A program made the position numbers and the translations under genes. Below, piece by piece: positions 41,841-50,593 of a stretch of 51,554 nt of DNA (positions are counted from its first letter, which is position 1; every line of letters begins with the position of its first letter). Source of the DNA: a virus (taxonomy: Duplodnaviria; Heunggongvirae; Uroviricota; Caudoviricetes); the IMG/VR virus record IMGVR_UViG_2531839664_000034; one strand, written 5' to 3'. The notes beneath the pieces were generated by a model. It saw nothing but the letters and a program-made list of their open reading frames with translations. It did no database searches and was not told the DNA's origin.

Positions 41841-43244
41841 TTAATCTTTCCAACAAGCCCGAACAAAACAACCTATATTGTCCCAAAAAACATTAATTGA
41901 GATATAATCTGGGTGATGTGTCTCTCTGTGAATTAATTTTTGTAAAGTTTCAATGTGCACAGTTCCTTGCTCGCCGCGAGTATAAGCTGATATTATATGG
42001 TGTTCTGAGTCAGTGATTAGATTATTTTTCAACATATGATCTGCGCTATTAGCAATATTTTTAGCTAAGGCTTTTTTATCTTGCAACTTGTTAATTGTTC
42101 TATATTCTTTATCACTTAACTCCAGCAGTGCCCGAAGAAGAAATGCAGTTGCAAGAGTTGTTTTTTTTACATCTAATTGCCTAAGTTCTGAGATTATAGT
42201 TCTTATTTTAGTCTCATCTTCAGGAATCGTAATTCCAGGCTTTCCTCTACCAAAAATTTTATTTCGCTCTGCTGGTATTTTTTTAGGTGTAACTCCTCTA
42301 CCTGCGTGTTTTTTTAGTAGTACAGGTGCGTCACTCTTACTATCTGATTGCGCATTATTGTTATCCACCTCAGATGGAGAGGAATATTTATTTGTTTCTT
42401 CTTTTTTATTATTTTCTTGTTCTGTGTCATCACTATTGTAAGCAAAATCATCTATTATTCCTGCATACTTTCTTACCGAGCAAAGATATTTCTTTGCATC
42501 GCTAGGATTAAAGACGGTGTTAACATCAACTATTTTTGAAGAAAAGTCGCTATTAATTTTTGAGGCCATTTTTATTATTTTTTCTTTTGAGAGTATTGGC
42601 TTCAATTTATCATTTTCCACTTCAAATCCTAACAATAGAAGATTATCTCTAGTAAAGAATCTGGCTACACTAGTGATTGGGAAATCATCATCTACATCAA
42701 TACCTTCTTGTTCAGCCCAACACATATATTGACCAGCTCTTTTATAATCAGTTGGATGTCCATTATTTAATAGATAAATTGTTCGCATATATGCAAACCA
42801 GTCATATTGACCAGCACCATTACGTGCTCCAGAATGCCTTGCTATTATCTCTTTAAATACTGCTTCAAAATTGTCACTTGATAAACAGTCAACAGTAGTA
42901 GGTATGTTGTCATGATATTTTTCTTTTATTTTTTTTATTTTCGGAATTAAATGTGGCTCCGGGCAACTATCTGGGTTATTTAATAGTTTTAAAGCTGTTA
43001 TTCGTCTATTACCATCTTTAACTACCCATTTACCTTCTGAGTGAGGCATAACCAATATGGGCATGGTTGTAAGTCCGTTTTCTGCAATATCTTCCATCAA
43101 TACAAGCATCTGGTTTTCTTGACGCAATATCCTCGAAATGCAGTTGTTTTGATCTCTACCTGCGCGGATTCTGGCATTTTCAGTATCGAGGAGGATATTT
43201 TGAATTGGAATGTCTATTTGCTGAGTGAAATCTTTACGAGCCAT
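41841..43244 (-). CDS. ParB/sulfiredoxin-fold (ParB-like nuclease domain) protein with acidic low-complexity linker
   Basis: N-terminal pattern IQNILLDTENARIR ... LMEDIAENGLTTMPILV ... WVVKDGNRRITALKLL (GxRR box); convergent with the methyltransferase, 46 bp between stops. Confidence 0.5.
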   Translation of the reverse strand: MARKDFTQQIDIPIQNILLDTENARIRAGRDQNNCISRILRQENQMLVLMEDIAENGLTTMPILVMPHSEGKWVVKDGNRRITALKLLNNPDSCPEPHLIPKIKKIKEKYHDNIPTTVDCLSSDNFEAVFKEIIARHSGARNGAGQYDWFAYMRTIYLLNNGHPTDYKRAGQYMCWAEQEGIDVDDDFPITSVARFFTRDNLLLLGFEVENDKLKPILSKEKIIKMASKINSDFSSKIVDVNTVFNPSDAKKYLCSVRKYAGIIDDFAYNSDDTEQENNKKEETNKYSSPSEVDNNNAQSDSKSDAPVLLKKHAGRGVTPKKIPAERNKIFGRGKPGITIPEDETKIRTIISELRQLDVKKTTLATAFLLRALLELSDKEYRTINKLQDKKALAKNIANSADHMLKNNLITDSEHHIISAYTRGEQGTVHIETLQKLIHRETHHPDYISINVFWDNIGCFVRACWKD

Positions 43245-43485
43245 ATAATATATCCTTGTTTTAAAATCAACCCATCGATTAATTTTACAAAATCATTAAC
43301 GCGTACGCAAAAACTATTGTATTGTGTTAAGGATAGTCGCTTCGCCACACAGCTTAAACCTGCCGCCGAGCGGGTTTTTTTGTGCCTGAAAAGTGGCGCA
43401 GTACGTTAAACGCGCTGGTGGTTGCGAATACCGGTCTTTCAGCTTGCTGGCTTTTTCGACAAGAGTTATTGGTGTGTCACGTTAA

Positions 43486-43878
43486 CCGGAAAAAGGAAAG
43501 TTTGAGAAACGCGATCTGGCACAGGCGGTTATTAATGCTGCCTACCTGGTGGCCTGTGCAGATGGTGAATGTGAGGCTTCCTAGAAAGCGAAGATCGAAC
43601 AGGTACTGCGTAATCAGCCTGCGCTGTCCGCGTTTACGTCAGAAATTAATGCGATTAGCGCAACCATTATCGGTCAGCTGGATACGAACTTTAAAATTGG
43701 TCGTCGTGCGGCGTTACGTGAGATCGAGGATGTGAAACACGATACGCGTGAAGCGGAAGATGTGCTGGATGTGGCGGTGGCCATTGCGGAGGCAGACGGC
43801 GAAATTGAGCCGGAAGAGCGCAAGGTGCTGGAAGAGATTGCCGGTGTTCTGGGTCTTCGTCTGGAGAATCACCTGTGA
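43486..43878 (+). pseudogene. TerB-like (tellurite-resistance TerB fold) gene remnant with in-frame TAG at 43582-43584 and no start codon
   Basis: Frame reads ...AVINAAYLVACADGECEAS*KAKIEQ...VAVAIAEADGEIEPEERKVLEEIAGVLGL, TerB-like ADGE...EE repeats; the ORF-track frames here (43382..43735, 43748..44035) are not the coding frame. Confidence 0.4.
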
Positions 43879-44006
43879 CGGTAAAACTGCGCCTGGCTGT
43901 GGCTGCACTCCTGCTGTTTCTGGTGGTGATGGTGGATTTCACCAGCAGAATCATGTCGGTGCTGGCGGATGGGGTGCTGGTCTGCGGCATTGTGGTATTG
44001 CTGTAG
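43875..44006 (+). CDS. Possible small hydrophobic peptide (43 codons)
   Basis: GTG start overlapping the TerB-like stop; encodes VTVKLRLAVAALLLFLVVMVDFTSRIMSVLADGVLVCGIVVLL; below the ORF-track size cutoff. Confidence 0.2.
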   Translation: MTVKLRLAVAALLLFLVVMVDFTSRIMSVLADGVLVCGIVVLL

Positions 44007-44207
44007 CCGGTGATAAAAAGAAACAGCCTGCATAATGCTTGATTTTTTTATTTGCTGTTTATTAAAAATACTACTGCATGGTGAATCCCCCTGTGCGGAG
44101 GGGCAATCAGCAACCAGGTATATGTGATAATCGCGGATTCAGGTGCTGATACTGAATTCACCGGGAGGCACCCGGCACCATGCAAGAAAAAGAATGTGCA
44201 TGCAAAA

Positions 44208-44235
44208 ATGCCCCTCTCCGGAGGGGCATTTTTTA
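44208..44235 (+). terminator. Strong rho-independent terminator (possible tR-prime-like late terminator)
   Basis: ATGCCCCTC-TCCG-GAGGGGCAT perfect hairpin followed by TTTTTT, about 210 bp upstream of the esterase gene. Confidence 0.65.
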
Positions 44236-44448
44236 TGGGTAAAAAATGCCCGAATGGGTTCGGGCAATAGCATGAGATACTGATATTGTTGTGTTGTTAT
44301 CGTGTGGATTTTAACCAGGGTTTATCAGGCTGCGCAACTGCGTGGCCTTCTTCATTTCTTGGGCTGTAGTCCCCGTGTGTCATTCAGGCTTCCGGACTAC
44401 AGCCCACTCCATATCTGATTTAATACACTATCCCGGCCGGGAGGAATA

Positions 44449-46302
44449 ATGACATTTAAACATTATGATGTTGTCAGGGCGGCGTCGCCGTCAGACCTTG
44501 CGGAAAAGCTGACACACAAACTGAAAGAGGGCTGGCAGCCGTTTGGTAGTCCGGTGGCCATAACCCCTTATACCCTGATGCAGGCGATTACAGCAGAAGG
44601 TGATGTGGTGGTCAGTGGTGCAACTGAGCCGGATTGGTACTACGTCATCGTACTGGCCGGGCAGTCCAATGCCATGGCTTACGGTGAAGGGCTTCCGCTG
44701 CCGGATTCATACGATGCTCCGGATCCGCGCATTAAACAGCTGGCGCGCCGCAGTACAGTGACGCCGGGTGGGGCTGCCTGCAGATATAACGATATTATTC
44801 CGGCCGACCACTGCCTGCATGATGTGCAGGATATGAGTACGCTGAATCATCCGAAGGCAGACCTGAGCAAAGGGCAGTACGGCTGTGTCGGCCAGGGGTT
44901 ACATATTGCCAAAAAACTGCTCCCGTATATCCCGAATAACGCGGGGATCCTGCTGGTACCATGCTGTCGTGGTGGTTCGGCATTTACCCTGGGCGCGGAG
45001 GGGACATTCAGTGCGGACACGGGGGCCAGCCAGGATTCGGCGCGCTGGGGTGTGGGTAAACCGTTATATCAGGACCTGATTGTGCGCACCAAAGCTGCAT
45101 TACAGAAGAACCAGAAAAATGTGTTGCTGGCGGTGTGCTGGATGCAGGGAGAGTTTGACATGAGCGCCGCCACCTACGCACAGCAACCTGCGCTGTTTAC
45201 AGCCATGCTGAAGCAGTTTCGTGCTGACCTCACTGTGTTTAACGCGCAGTGTCATGGTGGCAGTGCTGTAAATGTGCCGTGGATTTGTGGTGACACGACG
45301 TATTACTGGAAAAACACCTACGGCACGCAGTACAACACCATTTACGGGGCGTACAAAAACAGGGAGAGTGAGGGCGTTTATTTTGTGCCGTTCATGACAG
45401 ACGGTAACGGCGTCAATACCGCCACTAATGTGCCGGCAGAAGATCCAGATATTCCGGCATCAGGATATTACGGTGCGGCATCGAGAACGAATGGAAACCA
45501 GGTATCATCAAACCGCCCGACACATTTTAGTTCATGGGCGCGCAGGAGCATTATTTCGGATCGCCTGGCAACCGCTATTCTGAACGCAGCCGGGCGCACC
45601 TCAGCCTTCATCAGTGGTAAGGCACCGGAAATCAACCCCTCGCCCGGCGGCGATACGCCATCGGGGCCGTCTGATAGCGAAACATCCGTCCGCACAGTCT
45701 CCCTGCTGCCGGCAGACGGAGAGGCTGCTACGCAGGGCTGGACTATTAAAGATGGCGGAATTCAGCTGGCAGATGGTGTATTTAAGATCACCAAGCAGAG
45801 CAATAAAACCTGGTCCCTGGCGCATCCGGTGGATGACGCAATTACCCTGCTGACACAGGGCGGCAGACTGACCTGTAAGTTCCGCCTGTCAGGCGCACTG
45901 ACCAACAATCAGTTCGGGCTGGGGATTTATCTGTATACGGATGCTCCCGTTCCTGATGGTGTGGCGATGACGGGTACCGGTAATCCGTTCCTGATGTCGT
46001 ACTTCACTCAGACCACTGACGGCAGAGTGAATCTGATGCATCACAGGAAAGCCGGAAACACGAAGCTGGGGGAATTCGGGGGCTACAGTAACGACTGGCA
46101 GACGCTGGAGCTGGTGTTCACCGCCGGCAGTGCCACGGTTACTCCGAAACTGAATGGAGTGGCTGGCCCGGCATTCCAGGTTATAAAAGACAGTCTGACA
46201 CTGGGACTGAATGCGCTGACGCTGACGGATGTTACAAAAAATGCAGCGTATGGCGTTGAGATAGAAAGTCTGGTGCTGGAGATAAATGCACCGGCAGCAT
46301 AA
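44449..46302 (+). CDS. Prophage esterase resembling NanS-p (sialate O-acetylesterase-like)
   Basis: 617 aa, GGAGG Shine-Dalgarno; N-terminus MTFKHYDVVRAASPSDLAEKL and overall size/position between Q and holin recall NanS-p of lambdoid/Stx prophages; GQSN motif (LAGQSNAMAYGEG). Confidence 0.55.
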   Translation: MTFKHYDVVRAASPSDLAEKLTHKLKEGWQPFGSPVAITPYTLMQAITAEGDVVVSGATEPDWYYVIVLAGQSNAMAYGEGLPLPDSYDAPDPRIKQLARRSTVTPGGAACRYNDIIPADHCLHDVQDMSTLNHPKADLSKGQYGCVGQGLHIAKKLLPYIPNNAGILLVPCCRGGSAFTLGAEGTFSADTGASQDSARWGVGKPLYQDLIVRTKAALQKNQKNVLLAVCWMQGEFDMSAATYAQQPALFTAMLKQFRADLTVFNAQCHGGSAVNVPWICGDTTYYWKNTYGTQYNTIYGAYKNRESEGVYFVPFMTDGNGVNTATNVPAEDPDIPASGYYGAASRTNGNQVSSNRPTHFSSWARRSIISDRLATAILNAAGRTSAFISGKAPEINPSPGGDTPSGPSDSETSVRTVSLLPADGEAATQGWTIKDGGIQLADGVFKITKQSNKTWSLAHPVDDAITLLTQGGRLTCKFRLSGALTNNQFGLGIYLYTDAPVPDGVAMTGTGNPFLMSYFTQTTDGRVNLMHHRKAGNTKLGEFGGYSNDWQTLELVFTAGSATVTPKLNGVAGPAFQVIKDSLTLGLNALTLTDVTKNAAYGVEIESLVLEINAPAA

Positions 46303-46594
46303 TAAAAAAAGCCAGCGCCCACTCTGAAGGACGCTGGCTAAAACGGGTAGATGTACTTCACATGATACTTATATTTGGCAGTACATTTTCTGACAGACAG
46401 TGACGGATGTTGTCAAGATATTGTGTCATTTATAACCTGAATCAGGGGTTGGTCGGAATGTTATCTGGCATTTTTAGCAGAGCCTGAATGCCATAATCAC
46501 GGCTCCCGGAGTTGGCCGTCAGTGGGTGACACTGGCGGCTTTTTGTTTTCCTTTACTTTCATTTTCTGTCGGCGGTGACGGAGACATACATCAG

Positions 46595-46801
46595 ATGGAA
46601 AAAATCACAACGGGTGTGTCATACACCACGTCAGCGGTGGGGACGGGATACTGGCTACTGCAGTTGCTGGACAAAGTCTCTCCGTCCCTGTGGGTGGCAA
46701 TAGGTGTACTGGGGAGTCTGCTGTTTGGCCTGCTGACGTATCTGACAAACCTTTATTTCAAGATTAAAGAAGATAAGCGTAAGGCGGCGCGGGGAGAGTA
46801 A
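46595..46801 (+). CDS. Class I phage holin (S-like)
   Basis: [68 protein letters not shown]: hydrophobic helices and basic C-terminus; track ORF starts upstream at 46526 in same frame. Confidence 0.75.
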   Translation: MEKITTGVSYTTSAVGTGYWLLQLLDKVSPSLWVAIGVLGSLLFGLLTYLTNLYFKIKEDKRKAARGE

Positions 46802-46805
46802 AGCG

Positions 46806-47150
46806 ATGAAGAAAAAATACGAACTGGTTGTTAAAGGGATAAATAATTACCCGGATAAGATTACTGTTACTGTGGCACTGGAAATTGGTGGGTATCCGTC
46901 ACTGTTGTTGCCAGATGTGGCGATTAGTCTTGACCGTACTGAAGGTGCCACGCTGGAGTTTTACGAAGCTGAGGCGAAAAAGCAGGCGAAGCAGTTTTTC
47001 ATGGATGTTGCTGCCGGGTTATGTGAAGGGGATGGTCCGTTGCCGGAAAAGCGGCCCATCATTTTAGAGGCGCAGGATGTGTTGATAACCTACAGAGGAA
47101 AACTACCGGGAATAATTACTGGTTCTCTGAAGACTCCACCGCTGGCCTGA
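46806..47150 (+). CDS. Hypothetical protein between holin and endolysin
   Basis: 114-aa ORF starting 5 bp after holin stop; no motif recognised. Confidence 0.4.
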   Translation: MKKKYELVVKGINNYPDKITVTVALEIGGYPSLLLPDVAISLDRTEGATLEFYEAEAKKQAKQFFMDVAAGLCEGDGPLPEKRPIILEAQDVLITYRGKLPGIITGSLKTPPLA

Positions 47151-47200
47151 AGACTTAATATATCCAGGGATGTGAAATCGATAAACCCTGATAAATATCC

Positions 47201-47734
47201 ATGAACGCAAAAATCAGATACGGCCTGTCGGCTGCCGTTCTGGCGCTGATTGGTGCAGGGGCGTCTGCGCCTGAAATCCTCGACCAGTTTCTTGACGAAA
47301 AAGAAGGTAACCACACCACGGCATACCGTGATGGTGCGGGTATCTGGACCATCTGCCGCGGTGCCATCCTGGTGGATGGTAAACCTGTCGTCCCGGGCAT
47401 GAAGTTGTCGAAGGAAAAATGCGACCAGGTTAACGCCATTGAACGTGATAAGGCGCTGGCATGGGTGGAGAAAAACATCAGAGTGCCACTGACCGAACCC
47501 CAGAAAGCGGGGATTGCGTCATTCTGTCCGTACAACATTGGCCCCGGTAAGTGTTTCCCGTCGACGTTTTACAGACGGATTAATGCTGGTGACCGCAGGG
47601 GAGCATGCGAGGCGATTCGCTGGTGGATTAAGGACGGTGGCAGAGACTGCCGTATTCGCTCAAACAACTGCTACGGTCAGGTCTCACGGCGTGACCAGGA
47701 GAGCGCGCTGGCGTGCTGGGGAATTGACAGATAA
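47201..47734 (+). CDS. SAR-type endolysin (lysozyme R, GH24-like)
   Basis: N-terminal signal-anchor-release segment (LSAAVLALIGAGASA) and lysozyme core; recalled as near-identical to R of 933W-type phages. Confidence 0.8.
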   Translation: MNAKIRYGLSAAVLALIGAGASAPEILDQFLDEKEGNHTTAYRDGAGIWTICRGAILVDGKPVVPGMKLSKEKCDQVNAIERDKALAWVEKNIRVPLTEPQKAGIASFCPYNIGPGKCFPSTFYRRINAGDRRGACEAIRWWIKDGGRDCRIRSNNCYGQVSRRDQESALACWGIDR

Positions 47735-48031
47735 GCAGAATATTTTGCTGAAAAATGCGGTTTGCTCACACGGGCGGATAACACGAAATCCTGCGAACTG
47801 GCAAAAACTAAGTGAATAAAAGTAAAACCCCGTTTGTTGGCCGCAAGCGGGGTTTTGTGTTTCCTGACTCCGGAAAAGTCAAAGGAGAAAGTGTGTTTGA
47901 TTTTAGCAAACTGATTCGGGAGATTCGAATGATGGCTGAAAAATTATCCACCTGGAAGTTCATCCTTATCTGGCTGGTGTTTGTGATTATGGCTTCCGGT
48001 TATTTCATTGGTCAGATACGCTGGTGGTGAA

Positions 48032-48526
48032 ATGAACCGCGTACTGTGCGTGGTCATCATTGCCCTGCTGGTGGCCTGTGGTGCGCTTAGTCTGGGGCTG
48101 AATCATTACCGTGATAACGCCATAACCTACAAAGAGCAGCGCGATAAAAAAGTCAGTGAGCTGGAGCTGGCAAATGCAACCATTACTGATATGCAGCAGC
48201 GCCAGCGTGATGTTGCTGCACTTGATGCCAGATACTCGAGGGAATTAGCCGATGCGAGAGCTGAAAATGAAACTCTGCGCGCTGATGTTGCCGCTGGTCG
48301 TAAGCGCCTGCGGATCAACGCCACCTGCCCCGGTACCGTGCGTGAAGCCACCGGCACCTCCGGCGTGGATAATGCAACCGGCCCCCGACTGGCAGACACC
48401 GCTGAACGGGATTATTTCATCCTCAGAGAACGATTGATGACAATGCAGAAGCAGGTGGAAGGGGCACAGGACTATATCCGCACTCAGTGTACTAAGCAGG
48501 CTTTTTATTATCCGGAGGATGTATGA
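48032..48526 (+). CDS. i-spanin Rz
   Basis: N-terminal TMD (VLCVVIIALLVACGALSL) then coiled coil ...NHYRDNAITYKEQRDK...; ATG at 48032 within track ORF 48008..48526. Confidence 0.7.
   Translation: MNRVLCVVIIALLVACGALSLGLNHYRDNAITYKEQRDKKVSELELANATITDMQQRQRDVAALDARYSRELADARAENETLRADVAAGRKRLRINATCPGTVREATGTSGVDNATGPRLADTAERDYFILRERLMTMQKQVEGAQDYIRTQCTKQAFYYPEDV
48267..48437 (+). CDS. o-spanin Rz1 (lipoprotein) embedded in Rz in +1 frame
   Basis: MKLCALMLPLVVSACGS lipobox LVVSAC followed by proline-rich segment; lies fully inside Rz. Confidence 0.6.
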   Translation: MKLCALMLPLVVSACGSTPPAPVPCVKPPAPPAWIMQPAPDWQTPLNGIISSSEND

Positions 48527-48747
48527 AGAAATTACAGGTAACGGTAAAACCTTTTCAGGGAACAATTCCGTTCCGTGTTTTGCAACATGGCCGTGTTCTG
48601 CTTGAAGAGGTGTTCAGAGGTAAATGCACTGAATGTTATTCACGAACATATGAAGTGAATGCCACGCATGAAGAATTCACCGTTGAGTGCGTGATGAATA
48701 CTGATAAATGCCGAATGGTATCCGCTGAATTACAGCCAGTGTGTTGA
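48523..48747 (+). CDS. Small Cys-rich hypothetical protein after Rz
   Basis: 74-aa ORF coupled to Rz stop (ATGA overlap); contains CTEC and ECVMNTDKC clusters. Confidence 0.35.
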   Translation: MKKLQVTVKPFQGTIPFRVLQHGRVLLEEVFRGKCTECYSRTYEVNATHEEFTVECVMNTDKCRMVSAELQPVC

Positions 48748-49115
48748 GCGACCTTATTATCCATGCGCGGTATTGTCGCCGTATTCCTGCATTAACAGAG
48801 ACCGCAGCCCGACAGGGAGACTCCTCTGCGAGAGTGTGCGGGGATAATCAAAAACGATACACACCGGGGTTTACCGCGTAAACGGAGCGCGGCGTTCTCC
48901 CCTCATGGTCGCCCATCCGGTGCGATGGTGGAAGAAACTGGAATCTGTTCAATAAAAAAACTGCCGTGTTGGAGTCACAGCAGTAATGTACTGATTGGGT
49001 AGAAGATTATTTTTGTTATGCTTTATTTTTATTCTATATGGCTGATTACTTCAATTCGGAACTAATACAGCTAATGTCTGTGATTTTTTATAAATTCAGC
49101 AATATAAAGAAATAG

Positions 49116-49343
49116 TTATATGAACAGCCATCGCAGAGCATACTGTGTATCATTCTTTTTTATAGTCAACTGACGGGCATATTTTATGTCTGCTGCCAGC
49201 TCCCGGCGGCAAGATTCAATGACCCACGCAGAAAAATTTTCTGAACCTTTCTGGTCAAGAGCGATGTTAATTTGTTCAATCATCTGGTTTGGAAATCGGA
49301 TGTTGCGGGTTGTTGTTCTGCGGGTCCGGTTTTTCGATGACAT
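49116..49343 (-). CDS. Small ribbon-helix-helix-like protein (YlcI/YnfO-like position)
   Basis: 75 aa, basic N-terminus; same position and strand as small RHH genes between lysis and terminase genes in DLP12-like prophages. Confidence 0.3.
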   Translation of the reverse strand: MSSKNRTRRTTTRNIRFPNQMIEQINIALDQKGSENFSAWVIESCRRELAADIKYARQLTIKKNDTQYALRWLFI

Positions 49344-49384
49344 TTTCTTTCCTCTGGTGACAAGTTATATGGCGAGGATTTTAC

Positions 49385-49846
49385 ATGGCTGTGCTTCGTA
49401 CGTTACCGGGCAGAATCAAAACTCTGAACACCCGGCGGGTGAATGTTCTGAAGGGTGAACAGCGTCGGGTCAGTGGTAGTGCCCGGGTTTCCCTCAAGCG
49501 CCGTATCTGGCTCAGGGATGCCGGACAGTGCTGTCTCTGTGGGCGTGTGGTTGACCTTTGTGACAGTGAACTCGATCACCGAATTGCACTTCAGTTCGGT
49601 GGTGGTAATGAGGAGACGAATCTCTGGACGCTCTGTACCGAATGCCATCGCCAGAAGTCAGTCAGTGAAACGGCGAGTGGTATGCCGGACCCGACGCTGC
49701 CGGAGGTCATGGCAGGGCAGACGATATCATCGGACTGTGACCCGCCCCGGGGGGGGATCATCCGGCGAAAAAAACGATCGCCCCGGACACCGCCCCCCGT
49801 CTCATGCAGAGAAAAAATTCCTGTTTCAGGCCAGTTAACATGTTAA
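49385..49846 (+). CDS. Phage HNH endonuclease (packaging-associated); C-terminal 40-50 codons doubtful
   Basis: CCLCGR...DHRIALQFGGGNEETNLWTLCTECHRQK is a canonical HNH motif; proline/arginine-rich tail looks like read-through. Confidence 0.6.
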   Translation: MAVLRTLPGRIKTLNTRRVNVLKGEQRRVSGSARVSLKRRIWLRDAGQCCLCGRVVDLCDSELDHRIALQFGGGNEETNLWTLCTECHRQKSVSETASGMPDPTLPEVMAGQTISSDCDPPRGGIIRRKKRSPRTPPPVSCREKIPVSGQLTC

Positions 49847-49966
49847 CTGGCTGCCCGGGCATTTTTTCGGTTTTTATCTTTATTATTCAGTTTGTTGTGC
49901 GAAAAAAATGTTAACTGGCTTTTTCAGCAAATGTTAACCAGGCAGCAGTTAACATTTGCGGCATGA
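49831..49966. repeat. Cluster of GTTAAC-containing palindromic repeats upstream of terminase small subunit (cos/pac-like region)
   Basis: CCAGTTAACATGTTAACTGG (49831-49850), ATGTTAACTGGC (49918-49929), AATGTTAACCAGGCAGCAGTTAACATT (49940-49966). Confidence 0.4.
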
Positions 49967-50029
49967 GACGCCGGGAAAAATGGGCTGAACCATACCCGGC
50001 TGAGTGCGTTATGGACCCGGGAGGAGGCT

Positions 50030-50593
50030 GTGCTGACAACGCAAAAACGAAAATTTGCGCTGGCGCTCATGTCCGGGAAAAACAAAACAGCGTCAGCCAT
50101 TGCCGCCGGTTATTCGGCGAAGACCGCCAGGGTTAAAGGCTCGCAGCTGGCAAAAGATCCGGAGGTGCTCGCGTTTATAGCCCGTAAACAGTGCGAAACG
50201 GTGGAGGTGGATGAGGTTCCTGTTTACCGGCAGAAAAAATCAGAGCAGGAGGATAAACCCCGTCGCCGTGAGGTGGCTGCAATACCACAGCCGGACGAAA
50301 ACAATCCGGAGATGCCACCGCCCGCGGTGATGTCTCATGGTATTGAATATATGGAGGATGGTCTTCCCGATCCGGTGAAAGCTATGGGGCAGATCCTGGT
50401 GGAAAACCTCAGCATTGATCCGAAACTGGCACTGGATGCGGCCTGGCGACTGGCGCAGTTCACACACCATAAAAAAGGCGATGCCGGTAAAAAATCGGCA
50501 AAAGGTGATGCCGCGAAAAAAGCGGCTAACCGTTTTGCGGTACCACCACCACCACGACTGGTGGTGAATAACGATAATGAGGGCAACGGATGA
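50030..50593 (+). CDS. Terminase small subunit
   Basis: 187 aa with N-terminal HTH-like region (ALALMSGKNKTASAIAAGYSAKTARVKGSQL) and basic C-terminus; directly upstream of terminase large subunit. Confidence 0.6.
   Translation: MLTTQKRKFALALMSGKNKTASAIAAGYSAKTARVKGSQLAKDPEVLAFIARKQCETVEVDEVPVYRQKKSEQEDKPRRREVAAIPQPDENNPEMPPPAVMSHGIEYMEDGLPDPVKAMGQILVENLSIDPKLALDAAWRLAQFTHHKKGDAGKKSAKGDAAKKAANRFAVPPPPRLVVNNDNEGNG

Noticed and set aside
43382-44035. ORF-track proteins 43382..43735 and 43748..44035
   Set aside because: Arg/Trp-rich nonsense translations; the coherent frame is the TerB-like one (43486..43878) plus a short hydrophobic ORF.
44040-44448. Search for tRNA genes or stx toxin genes in the Q-to-esterase interval
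   Set aside because: No cloverleaf-compatible sequence or T-loop consensus found and no toxin-like ORFs; the hairpins are terminator-like. This is a non-Stx prophage as far as the window shows.
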